A stretch of DNA of 53,455 nt from an uncultured Chryseobacterium sp. (lineage in GTDB: Bacteria > Bacteroidota > Bacteroidia > Palsa-965). This document shows positions 18,011 through 26,375 of this stretch, piece after piece. Each line of letters begins with the position of its first letter. Position 1 is the stretch's first letter. The position numbers were made by a program, and so were the translations under genes. The stretch spans positions 1 to 53,455 of the forward strand of contig CAYUTR010000002.1 of NCBI GenBank assembly GCA_964447465.1. Direction: 5' to 3'. The notes beneath the pieces were generated by a model that worked only from the letters and a program-made list of their open reading frames with translations, was not told the DNA's origin and searched no databases.

Positions 18011-20299
18011 TTACTTTGCTTCTGAATATTCTTTCAATGCATTCGCTATTCGATCAATTTTATTAGTCCTTCGATTTATTTCTTCTATGCATTCATTAAT
18101 TGCTTTTGACATTACCTGATCTGGTGGCGTCTTGTAGGTATTCAACTCTTTAGTTATTTGACCGAAATAGACGTTTGTCCTGTCGCGAAGCTGTTTAATC
18201 ATATCGCGACATTGCTCGTTAATGTGGCGATTAAAATCACTATAGGTTTGATCAAACACCTTACTATAAGACTTTTCAGCTCGAGACATTATTTGATTAA
18301 TTTGTTTATTTCGCACACCATCTCGTCCTAAGAAAAGACGCTCAAAGAAATCATATAAACCGGTAAATAAATCTCCGATTGAACTAAATATTTCCTCCAG
18401 TAAGTTCAAAGCTTTGGGAATCGATTGAGCAAATGAATCTCGAATCGGTCTGATGACGTCATTAATATTGCTTTTATCTCTCATCTGGTCAAAACTTGGA
18501 TCTGCTAGAAACTCGACTTGCAACAATTCGGTTTTTATCCAATGGTTGAGTTCATTATACAAGTTGTCCAGTTTGTAGTTGACTTCATCATATACCTCGG
18601 TCAAAATGGAGTACGCTTGATTCTCCAGATACTGCCGAATCGCAAAACTATTAGGCAGCGGTGCGTTATCCGAAATCGACGTCAATTGATCTCGCAGATT
18701 CTCCAAACGTTCATTAGCCGATGAATTCAAATATTGTTCTAACCATAGGAGCATTTCAATTCTACTATCTTCACCTACTTGTGAAAGTTTGCCCAATTGT
18801 TTTTGTACACGGTGAATATCACTCTTCAGCTTCTGTGCAACCTCAGCTTCAGTTAACCGAGATCTTAGAATTTTGGATAATCTTAATAAGGCTTCTTTAA
18901 ATTCATAGGTAAGTCCGCCCAAAGTCTGAAGACCATTTCGATTTGTTTTAAGTAAGTTATCCCACAAGATGTCTTCTAAATTTTGAATGTCCAGCGGATG
19001 TTTCTTTTTGATATTTTTTGTTAGATTCTCGAATGAAGCCTTCGCGCTTATATAGATCGGAGGGTGTGGCAAAATTTGATTTAACCCATTTTGTTCTAAC
19101 ACTGAATTTATATATCCTTTAAGCTGCTTGAGACCTTCGCTTGAAATTGTATCAGCTTTATTAAAAACCAAATAAACCCGTTCCATTCTTGGCGCTAGTT
19201 CGCGAAGGTCGTTGAGATGATGTGAATTAATTGAAAAGCCACCATAATTGAATGGCGAGACATCGATTAAGTATATAATTGCATTCGAACTCAGTACTGC
19301 GATCTTGCTGATTCGTCGGGTTTCTTCATTGACGTCATCAAGTCCAGGGACATCGCAATACGCAAGACCCTTCTCCAATAAGTCATTAACGAGATACACC
19401 GTAACTAATTTTACTTTTTCTTTATTCCCTCGATTATATTGTTGATCAACATACTTCTGCAGAAACTTTACAGTCGGATCGCCATTAACAATTGTGCCGT
19501 CGTGAAGCATAACTTCTGCGCGAGGTGGATTGCCCGATTGAATCGTAAATGGTACCCCTGTAGTAGGAAGAATATTGACGGGAGAAATTTCTTGCTTCAT
19601 CAAAGCATTAATCGTTGTACTTTTCCCAGAGCGGCTTGGACCGACGATAGCAATAGTGTAAATTGAATTCAGAGTACGATCCAGAAGTGCGTCGAATGGT
19701 TGTCGCTCTTCAATTAGATTCTTATTAGTTAGATACGCAAGTATATCGGCAATTTCATTTTTGAGAGAAGTTCGAAAGTCAAAGAACGCATTCTTCGCGA
19801 GAGTTTTATTCCCTGTTGAAGTGGAAGAATTACCAGTCAAGTATTCCTCAATTAAAGCAACTTCGCTTTGTGTTAACTCTCGAAACTGATCTAGGGGAAG
19901 CCTTATTTCCTTCATGCCAACCCACTTAGCTCCATATTTTGTCCTCAGCCAATTGTAAAATTTATCATTGAACCACAGATAGTAAAATTTGGAATCAACT
20001 TTCGTTACAAGCATGATTGGTAATCTGGCTTTTTGCCACTTCTCAAACATTGCTGTTTGAACCACTACTGTTTCACCTTTAATTGAAGTGTGAACAGAAA
20101 TTCTCAGTTTCTTACCGGAGACCAAACGGCGATCACTGTTAGATAATGGATTTAATACCTCAACAGTAAAATCATAGCCAGCACTTAATCCACGTCCAGG
20201 TTGAACATTACAGGGCGTAAATATTTTTACGAGCGCATCCAAAATACCCTGTTCGGGGTTCGGCTTTTTGTCAACCACTTTTTTAGACTGCTTTTTCAT
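18011..20299 (-). CDS. Dynamin-like GTPase with an N-terminal DUF4365-like (restriction-endonuclease-fold) domain
   Basis: G1 'GPSRSGKST', G3 'DVPGLDD' and G4 'FNKAD', followed by a long helical C-terminal half. The N-terminal 'GYDFTVEV...KLRISVHTS...LPIMLVTKVDSKFYYLWF' resembles DUF4365. The ORF opens at 20395, but Met at 20299 (MKKQSKK) gives only a 17-nt overlap with the upstream gene. Confidence 0.7.
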   Translation of the reverse strand: MKKQSKKVVDKKPNPEQGILDALVKIFTPCNVQPGRGLSAGYDFTVEVLNPLSNSDRRLVSGKKLRISVHTSIKGETVVVQTAMFEKWQKARLPIMLVTKVDSKFYYLWFNDKFYNWLRTKYGAKWVGMKEIRLPLDQFRELTQSEVALIEEYLTGNSSTSTGNKTLAKNAFFDFRTSLKNEIADILAYLTNKNLIEERQPFDALLDRTLNSIYTIAIVGPSRSGKSTTINALMKQEISPVNILPTTGVPFTIQSGNPPRAEVMLHDGTIVNGDPTVKFLQKYVDQQYNRGNKEKVKLVTVYLVNDLLEKGLAYCDVPGLDDVNEETRRISKIAVLSSNAIIYLIDVSPFNYGGFSINSHHLNDLRELAPRMERVYLVFNKADTISSEGLKQLKGYINSVLEQNGLNQILPHPPIYISAKASFENLTKNIKKKHPLDIQNLEDILWDNLLKTNRNGLQTLGGLTYEFKEALLRLSKILRSRLTEAEVAQKLKSDIHRVQKQLGKLSQVGEDSRIEMLLWLEQYLNSSANERLENLRDQLTSISDNAPLPNSFAIRQYLENQAYSILTEVYDEVNYKLDNLYNELNHWIKTELLQVEFLADPSFDQMRDKSNINDVIRPIRDSFAQSIPKALNLLEEIFSSIGDLFTGLYDFFERLFLGRDGVRNKQINQIMSRAEKSYSKVFDQTYSDFNRHINEQCRDMIKQLRDRTNVYFGQITKELNTYKTPPDQVMSKAINECIEEINRRTNKIDRIANALKEYSEAK

Positions 20300-21353
20300 C
20301 TTTCCAAATTTTTGTCTTGCCATCCTGTGATTTATAGAAACAGCATGAAAACATACCGGACTCTTGCATCGCCTCGAAAGCTTGTGAACGAGCACCGCCT
20401 GACGTTCTCTGATATTTTGACTTATGAATTATATAGTGAAATCCTAATAACTTCCCGTCTTCTGAAAAAATTGTGATGCCATCATTGTTGATAGCAGCTT
20501 CCAGCATGAAAGAAAATTGTTGTAGTCGTGAAAACTGTTCAGGTTTTTTGCCCTCCAGAGCTTTAACAACTAGCGCCCCCAAATCAATAGCATGATCCAA
20601 TTCATATCCGATAAACTCTTCACTGTCAAGTTTCAATTTGGAATTTCCAACCGCCATCAATGTTCCGTGACCTTTATTAATTGCTTTGTAAATTGAATTA
20701 TGCAAAAACGATTTAACCTCCTTCTTTTTTTTGCCCTTCAAGTTTTTTACGACGCTATCGGTCAGCACGGAAACATCATTGTAAGGAATGTTATTGGTGC
20801 TATTAGTAGAAAAGGATAGTATCAACTCCTCTTTGTGCAGGCCATTCAACCTTACATTCTTCTGACCGATATTTCGCAAAGCAATGACTCGAAGATTGCG
20901 GAGGCGGACTTCTTCACTTGAGAAAATCTGTTCAACCAGAGGTGCCGATAAATCATCCTTAACACCATTCAAGATGCCGAATTCAAGCCAACTCGGCGAG
21001 CTGTACTGGTCGACTTCGATGTAAATCACCCACCCACCAATTGCAAGTGGGGCACATGCCTTTAGAATTCTCTCAAATTCAAGTGGAGATGGAGGAGGTA
21101 ATGCGAAATCGCCAATCCTGACCTTGTAAAAGTGTTTGAATTGTCGTGCGAGTTCCTCTATGCTTGATACGACAATAACGTCTGGCATAAGTAGACGTCC
21201 TTCCTCATGATAGTCTGACAAAGAATCGGCAATACACAAAATGCCTTCAGATATTTCAATGGATAAGTACGCGCTCGATTCAAAGAACTTCTCCTTCAAA
21301 AGGAGCATCTCAATTTTCTCACGGTATTGTTCCTTGAATGCAATTGTGGACAT
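20283..21353 (-). CDS. Hypothetical protein with a C-terminal DisA_N/DAC-like (diadenylate-cyclase-fold) region carrying degenerate catalytic motifs
   Basis: 'NKGHGTLMAVGN' (compare GALIVI), 'NNDGITIFSEDGKLLGFHYII' (compare DGAVII) and 'TSGGARSQAFEAMQESG' (compare GTRHRAA) occur in the order and spacing seen in DAC domains. This is a by-eye call only. Confidence 0.4.
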   Translation of the reverse strand: MSTIAFKEQYREKIEMLLLKEKFFESSAYLSIEISEGILCIADSLSDYHEEGRLLMPDVIVVSSIEELARQFKHFYKVRIGDFALPPPSPLEFERILKACAPLAIGGWVIYIEVDQYSSPSWLEFGILNGVKDDLSAPLVEQIFSSEEVRLRNLRVIALRNIGQKNVRLNGLHKEELILSFSTNSTNNIPYNDVSVLTDSVVKNLKGKKKKEVKSFLHNSIYKAINKGHGTLMAVGNSKLKLDSEEFIGYELDHAIDLGALVVKALEGKKPEQFSRLQQFSFMLEAAINNDGITIFSEDGKLLGFHYIIHKSKYQRTSGGARSQAFEAMQESGMFSCCFYKSQDGKTKIWKDEKAV

Positions 21354-21451
21354 CGTTTACTAAAGCAAGATATTGGAGAAGTGGATTTAGGGCGGCGCTG
21401 AATAGCGAATTTAGCCCATAAAGGCAGGATTTTGAATGAAAAGCTGACTTT

Positions 21452-21471
21452 TATCCGTTTGAAAACGGATA
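21452..21471. terminator. Short hairpin (tatccgttt / aaacggata) between the HNH-motif gene and the DAC-like gene
   Basis: Perfect 9-nt complementary arms with a minimal loop and no clear U-tract. It may separate the transcription units. Confidence 0.3.
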
Positions 21472-21522
21472 GTTACTAACAACGTGTTTAAATTGGAGCG
21501 TAAGTATTGCAATCATATACAA

Positions 21523-22311
21523 TTATTCTTCCTCACAATTGAATCTGAGTTCCTCGCTATCCTCTGTAACCTTCCAACGAACAGGGAATCCTCCATTAAT
21601 AAGTTCCATGACTAAGTTGCTGGGTGGAGTAATGCCAGAAGGTTTGAAGGAAACGTAAACATCCACCTTTTCATAAAACGTCATTTTCAATGCTCTGAGA
21701 TTGAACTGATCCTGTTCTCCCATTCTATAGGAAAAGACTTGAGGATTCTCTCCTTTTGCTAACCAATTTTTTCCTTCCGCTTCAAATGCAGTTTCACAAA
21801 GCCGAGCAAGATTTCGCGTGTTCTCAGTTTGATACTTTAGGAAACCCAAAATCACCTGAATCTCACCAGAAAATGGTGTGCTAAACTCATGGAAATAAAT
21901 TCCACATGCTATATTCTTAAAGCACTTTTCTAGTCGGTCGTAATTCGGTTTGCCTAAGAACACAGGAAACTTATTGCCGTTACCGTTGTCTAAAACTATA
22001 TGTTTTGCGTTGCGCACGACCTCACTCATAAATTGGTCGCCCTTGCGATCGAAAATGCGTCGCGTTTTTGAATGAAGATGTAGGAATGCTACTGCGTTAC
22101 TTCCTACGTTGGCAGAAAGAGCAGCAATTAAGAACTCATCGTCGTCAGATTTTCCTGTATTATGCAGTTCGCAAGACGGCACCGTTATCAAGTTCCTGCG
22201 GAAATTTTGTCCGAGACCGATGTCTTTCTCAGCTGGAAATAAACCACGGGCAGGAACATGCTCGCGGCTTGTTGCTAGTTGATTGCATATATAACATCTT
22301 TCAGAGTTCAT
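21523..22311 (-). CDS. HNH-motif protein (putative nuclease), 262 aa
   Basis: 'CYICNQLATSREHVPARGLFP...VPSCELHNTGKSDDDEF' follows a CxxC...EH...P...C..HN arrangement, like HNH/His-Me finger nucleases. Confidence 0.5.
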   Translation of the reverse strand: MNSERCYICNQLATSREHVPARGLFPAEKDIGLGQNFRRNLITVPSCELHNTGKSDDDEFLIAALSANVGSNAVAFLHLHSKTRRIFDRKGDQFMSEVVRNAKHIVLDNGNGNKFPVFLGKPNYDRLEKCFKNIACGIYFHEFSTPFSGEIQVILGFLKYQTENTRNLARLCETAFEAEGKNWLAKGENPQVFSYRMGEQDQFNLRALKMTFYEKVDVYVSFKPSGITPPSNLVMELINGGFPVRWKVTEDSEELRFNCEEE

Positions 22312-22426
22312 CAGAAAATATACTTATGGTAAAAGTAGCGATAGACATCCACGTTTAATATGATCGAGTGTGAGACCTATTGTATTCAGTCAAAATTGAG
22401 GTAACTTTCAACTCAAATACAAACAC

Positions 22427-22636
22427 ATGAAACATATCCTCCTTAAGTATCTGGTTGAATTTACGCGCAACCGTTTGGACAATCCAGAAGGTTTCAAATA
22501 TGACTCTACAGAAGGAATGTGGGTAGACGAATTAGATGTGCAGCACGTTTTAGTTAAGTCAGTCGGGCCAGGAAAGCCGATTAGAGGAACTAAAAAAAAT
22601 GACGTGGAAACCGGCGAAGATATGAAAGGACAGTAA
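22427..22636 (+). CDS. Graspetide (ATP-grasp-modified RiPP) precursor peptide 1, 69 aa
   Basis: Paralogue of the next ORF, alignable without gaps. The conserved C-terminal core is 'IRGTKKNDVETGEDMKGQ', rich in Thr/Lys/Asp/Glu. It lies immediately upstream of an MdnC-like ATP-grasp gene. Confidence 0.7.
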   Translation: MKHILLKYLVEFTRNRLDNPEGFKYDSTEGMWVDELDVQHVLVKSVGPGKPIRGTKKNDVETGEDMKGQ

Positions 22637-22638
22637 AA

Positions 22639-22848
22639 ATGACACATGCGCTATTAAAACATCTGGTACACTTCAATAGGAAAATAATTTCTATTCCCGA
22701 AGGGTTTCGGTACAATCGTGAACTTGGATATTGGGCTGATGAGAATGCGCTGACGTCACCACTTGTTAAACAGCGTGATCTACTCGCTCTAATAAGAGGT
22801 AGTAAAAAGGAAGATGTAGAAACAGGTGAAGATCTCAAAGGAAAATAG
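22639..22848 (+). CDS. Graspetide precursor peptide 2, 69 aa
   Basis: Shares 'LLK.LV.F.R', 'PEGF.Y' and 'IRG(T/S)KK.DVETGED.KG' with precursor 1. It starts 2 nt after precursor 1's stop, and its own stop abuts the ATP-grasp ATG. Confidence 0.7.
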   Translation: MTHALLKHLVHFNRKIISIPEGFRYNRELGYWADENALTSPLVKQRDLLALIRGSKKEDVETGEDLKGK

Positions 22849-23808
22849 ATGAATGAGATTTATCCATCTGTATTAATAGTATCAACTAAATTTGATTTCG
22901 GCACTGATCACGTTGCGTACCAGTTAAAAGAAAAGGGGGCTTCCTATTGGAGATTGAATAGAGATGAGCTTCCAGAGTACACAGTATATTTTGATCCATC
23001 ATGTTCAAAATTATGTCTGATAGGTGAATCCATTAAGGTTATCATTACTCCTGAAACTTTAAACTCCATCTATTATCGTGCTCCGACATTTTTGCGTGAA
23101 ATACAACAAAACGCAGATAGTGATCAACAACTTGAGAAGAGTCAATGGGCCGCATTCATTAGGGCATTATCCGTGTATCAAAACATACGGTGGCTAAATA
23201 ATCCTGTCAGTACATACTATGCGGAAATGAAACCAGTGCAGCTTACTCTTGCGCATAAGATCGGCTTCAAAATTCCTGTGACGCTAATTGGAAATGTTGG
23301 CGATCAGGAGGTGATAAAAAGTATTCCTGGGGAGCAGATCGTGCTTAAAACGGTAGATACTGGTTATGTGACAGGTGCCGAAAAGGATGGATTTATCTAC
23401 ACCAACTTTATTGACAAGTCGTCACTAAATACAGAAAACACCAAGTCGATTCCATTTATCCTACAAGAAGCCCTAGTGCCCAAAATTGATATTCGGGTTA
23501 CGGTGGTTGGTGAAACGCTATTTTCTGTTGCAATAAAATCAAGTGAGCCAATTGATGGGGATTGGAGATTGAGGAAGAATGATTTGGATTATGAAATTAT
23601 TGAGCTTCCCACCCAAGTCAAAAGGAAATGCAATGATTTGATGAAATTACTCGGATTAAATTTTGGTGGTATTGATTTGGTTCTTCACAATGGGGAATAT
23701 TACTTTATTGAAATTAATCCGACAGGTGAATGGGATTGGCTCCAGCACCATACTGGTTGTGCCATTGACATGGCATTAGCTGAAGAGTTATGTAGGACTA
23801 CAGTATGA
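22849..23808 (+). CDS. ATP-grasp ribosomal-peptide maturase (MdnC/MvdD-like macrocyclase)
   Basis: Co-linear with microviridin MdnC: 'VLIVSTKFDFGTDHV', 'DIRVTVVGETLFSVAI...DGDWR', 'LGLNFGGIDLVL..GEYYFIEINPTGEWDWL'. Confidence 0.8.
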   Translation: MNEIYPSVLIVSTKFDFGTDHVAYQLKEKGASYWRLNRDELPEYTVYFDPSCSKLCLIGESIKVIITPETLNSIYYRAPTFLREIQQNADSDQQLEKSQWAAFIRALSVYQNIRWLNNPVSTYYAEMKPVQLTLAHKIGFKIPVTLIGNVGDQEVIKSIPGEQIVLKTVDTGYVTGAEKDGFIYTNFIDKSSLNTENTKSIPFILQEALVPKIDIRVTVVGETLFSVAIKSSEPIDGDWRLRKNDLDYEIIELPTQVKRKCNDLMKLLGLNFGGIDLVLHNGEYYFIEINPTGEWDWLQHHTGCAIDMALAEELCRTTV

Positions 23809-24584
23809 AAAAGATTTTTTCGATCCTTCTTTCTTTTTGTAACCAACACATTTGGGTTACATTTTATTCGTGGCGCGCGAACAAAATTATTTGGCGCCAA
23901 ATACAAGAGTTAGAGGCAAAGGAGTTCAATGTAAATTTATTTGCAAATAAATTTGAGGATGCGAAGAAAACGGTTGAGGAATTTCATCAAGAACATCTAG
24001 AGAGAAAGAAAATTCTGGAGGAAAAAGCGCGATCTCTTCTTCTGATTGTCACCGCAAGTGCAACGCTGACGACGGGAATATTGACTTTTGTTTACAATTT
24101 GGAAGGTCAACATCTATTGTTACTCACAACCCTGATTTTAGGATATCTGTTTTTGATTCTTTGTATCATAGATATACTCGCTACGTTGAACACCACGCCT
24201 TATTACTATATCAGTGACCGCGATTATTTCAGGACTTCAGAAAATTCAACTGACTTGGAATATGACAACATTAACAACAAGATATCTTACATAGAGCTTT
24301 TATATCGAAACTCTCAATTAAATTCTAAGAAAAATTTGATTAAGCAAAATCAACTGTACGCCGGATTTCAGAATTTAAGAAATGGCGTTTTGCTTATTTG
24401 CATTTTTTTCATGCTCTCAATTGTACAGAAAATGGCTGGGCAGGAAACTCCAGTACCAAACAATTGTTCTAGTGGAAATTGTCACATCCGAGCGGGCATC
24501 AATGATAGCACCACATTAGGTAATACGAATTTCCCTTTAGAGCACTATGGGATCGTCGAATTGATTCCTCAAGTGGAAAATTAG
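23805..24584 (+). CDS. Membrane protein (3-4 TM helices), overlaps the ATP-grasp gene by 4 nt (ATGA)
   Basis: Hydrophobic segments 'LLLIVTASATLTTGILTFVY', 'LLLLTTLILGYLFLILCIIDILATL' and 'VLLICIFFMLSIV'. No recognisable transporter motif. Confidence 0.5.
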   Translation: MKKIFSILLSFCNQHIWVTFYSWRANKIIWRQIQELEAKEFNVNLFANKFEDAKKTVEEFHQEHLERKKILEEKARSLLLIVTASATLTTGILTFVYNLEGQHLLLLTTLILGYLFLILCIIDILATLNTTPYYYISDRDYFRTSENSTDLEYDNINNKISYIELLYRNSQLNSKKNLIKQNQLYAGFQNLRNGVLLICIFFMLSIVQKMAGQETPVPNNCSSGNCHIRAGINDSTTLGNTNFPLEHYGIVELIPQVEN

Positions 24585-24627
24585 AGCATTTGTCGAGTTA
24601 ACTTAGCTAAAACAATTTTTTACGGAA

Positions 24628-25293
24628 ATGGATTTGAACGAACCATACCAAATTGGCTATATGCCTTTCAGAATTTTAGAAGGGTTGAAATTCTATTATA
24701 AAAAGCTGGACGAAATAGATATGACGATCTATTTGGAACCAAACTTTCCGATTAAGCGTGACGAAGTTCTCATGGTTATTGATTTTCTGTCTACTCTACC
24801 GGACACGTCACCAGCTAGAAATATTTGCCATAGCCACCCTGCTCTGCAATTGGGCATGGAATCAATGGATTCATATTCCGACATGTCTAATGATCAACTT
24901 AGTCAATCCAAACTGCGAATCCTTGATTTCGTTGGACACTTTTTGACCTCAGCAACGAATCTTATGGTTCGCGACAAAATGATTGAAATCGAGAGCACTA
25001 TTCTTCCACTATCGTATAGTGATAAAATAGTATTTCTGGTTAAGCGAAAACACTATTACTCAAAACACGTAGGATCATTCCCACGAAGATTTGTGAAGGA
25101 GATCGGGGAGTATTGTGACGCATTAATTCTCGAAAATAAAGAGCTGGTAAACGCCCTTTCCGGCTATGACAACCAAACTCAACAGGCAAACGTTGTCGTG
25201 CATAGTGACGAGCAGACAGGAGGCATAACTGCGAATACAGTAAATATTTACAATGGAGGATTCGCAGCGAATCCTGATGGAAAGATCGATTAA
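24628..25293 (+). CDS. Hypothetical protein, 221 aa, with a C-terminal 'QTGGITANTVNI' motif
   Basis: ORF with no recognised domain. It shares this short motif with the two neighbouring minus-strand ORFs. Confidence 0.5.
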   Translation: MDLNEPYQIGYMPFRILEGLKFYYKKLDEIDMTIYLEPNFPIKRDEVLMVIDFLSTLPDTSPARNICHSHPALQLGMESMDSYSDMSNDQLSQSKLRILDFVGHFLTSATNLMVRDKMIEIESTILPLSYSDKIVFLVKRKHYYSKHVGSFPRRFVKEIGEYCDALILENKELVNALSGYDNQTQQANVVVHSDEQTGGITANTVNIYNGGFAANPDGKID

Positions 25294-25343
25294 AAAGAAT
25301 ATTCACTGGTGATATCAATGGCGTTGTGTTCTTCGCGCATCTT

Positions 25344-25709
25344 TTATCCTCTGTTAGTGCACACCTGAATCTCTATCAACGCTCCATTGTCTTTCTCTAC
25401 GGTCTGGGCATCGTAAACGGGGCTACCATACGCAACTTGATCAATGTGCTGTGCAACATTGCGTCCCGTAGATTGCAAGTACGCTCTTATTTCAATTGCC
25501 GCATTCATTGCCTCAGGATCTCCCATAATTGCGGTTACGCCAAACCGACGTGCATTAGGGAATTGTTTTAATGCAGTCTCAATACCTTGCTTCCCTGCCT
25601 CATCCAATTTACGTTCCCGCTTCCCAATGTTGACGGTGTGCGCTGTAATTCCGCCACTTTGATTATGGCTCGTGATATGAATATCACCCTTGTTCTCTTG
25701 ATCGTTCAT
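25344..25709 (-). CDS. Hypothetical protein (~122 aa) with an N-terminal 'QSGGITAHTVNI' motif
   Basis: The ORF opens at 25796. Met at 25709 (MNDQENKGDIHITSHNQSGGITAHTVNI) avoids overlap with the upstream ORF and mirrors its N-terminal layout. Confidence 0.5.
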   Translation of the reverse strand: MNDQENKGDIHITSHNQSGGITAHTVNIGKRERKLDEAGKQGIETALKQFPNARRFGVTAIMGDPEAMNAAIEIRAYLQSTGRNVAQHIDQVAYGSPVYDAQTVEKDNGALIEIQVCTNRG

Positions 25710-25719
25710 TCTTATTTGG

Positions 25720-25989
25720 TTATTTATTAATAGCATTGACGATGGAGTCTTTATTTCCAGGTTCTGCTGGTTTGAACCATTCGCGTTTATTAGCAAATAG
25801 AACGAACAGTCCTATTGCCAGCGGTATTAGAATCTTCCACCACCAATTTTTTAACATCTCAATGAAGCCAGATGTTTGAGGAGGTTGCGGAGGGTTATTA
25901 TTCGTGGTGTTATTTTGTTCAGCAACATTAACCGTGTGGGCTGTTATTCCTCCAGTTTGTCCTTTAGATTCGATTTTAATTTTCCCCAT
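25720..25989 (-). CDS. Small membrane-anchored protein (89 aa) with an N-terminal 'QTGGITAHTVNV' motif
   Basis: The motif is followed by an Asn/Pro-rich linker and one TM helix ('WWWKILIPLAIGLFVLFA'). Confidence 0.5.
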   Translation of the reverse strand: MGKIKIESKGQTGGITAHTVNVAEQNNTTNNNPPQPPQTSGFIEMLKNWWWKILIPLAIGLFVLFANKREWFKPAEPGNKDSIVNAINK

Positions 25990-26171
25990 AACACAAAGCT
26001 AGTCCACGATATTCAGAAGTCAAGCCTTCTTTGATGTCAATCCTGTTCATGTTTTGAACTCGACCCGAATTCGGATAGATAGGCTTGGATATTTCACTGT
26101 CCTGTGCGGTTCAACAGTGGTAACGTAGTGTGGCACAATGATGAATTCTGCTGAATATTGCTGTCACATAC

Positions 26172-26347
26172 CTGTTTCCTCCTGAAAACTCCTGCTTCCA
26201 AGCTGTTTCCTGCTGTCCAACTCCTGATCTCTAGCTGTTTCTTTCCCGCAGTATGCTGTTTCCTCGTGATTCCATTCTGTTTCCTGGTTCTCAATCCAGT
26301 TCTGAAGTTGTTTCTTCCTGCCACCGTCCTGTTTTCTCGTGATTCCA
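26172..26347. repeat. Iteron-like array A: about 7 copies of 'ctgtttcc' (variants ctgtttct, ctgttttc) at ~20-30-nt spacing, including a 19-mer pair
   Basis: Copies at 26172, 26203, 26235, 26256, 26277, ~26308 and 26329. 'ctgtttcctcgtgattcca' (26256) and 'ctgttttctcgtgattcca' (26329) differ by 1 nt. Confidence 0.8.
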
Positions 26348-26375
26348 AATTGAAAACTGTTGTTTGCGATTACTG

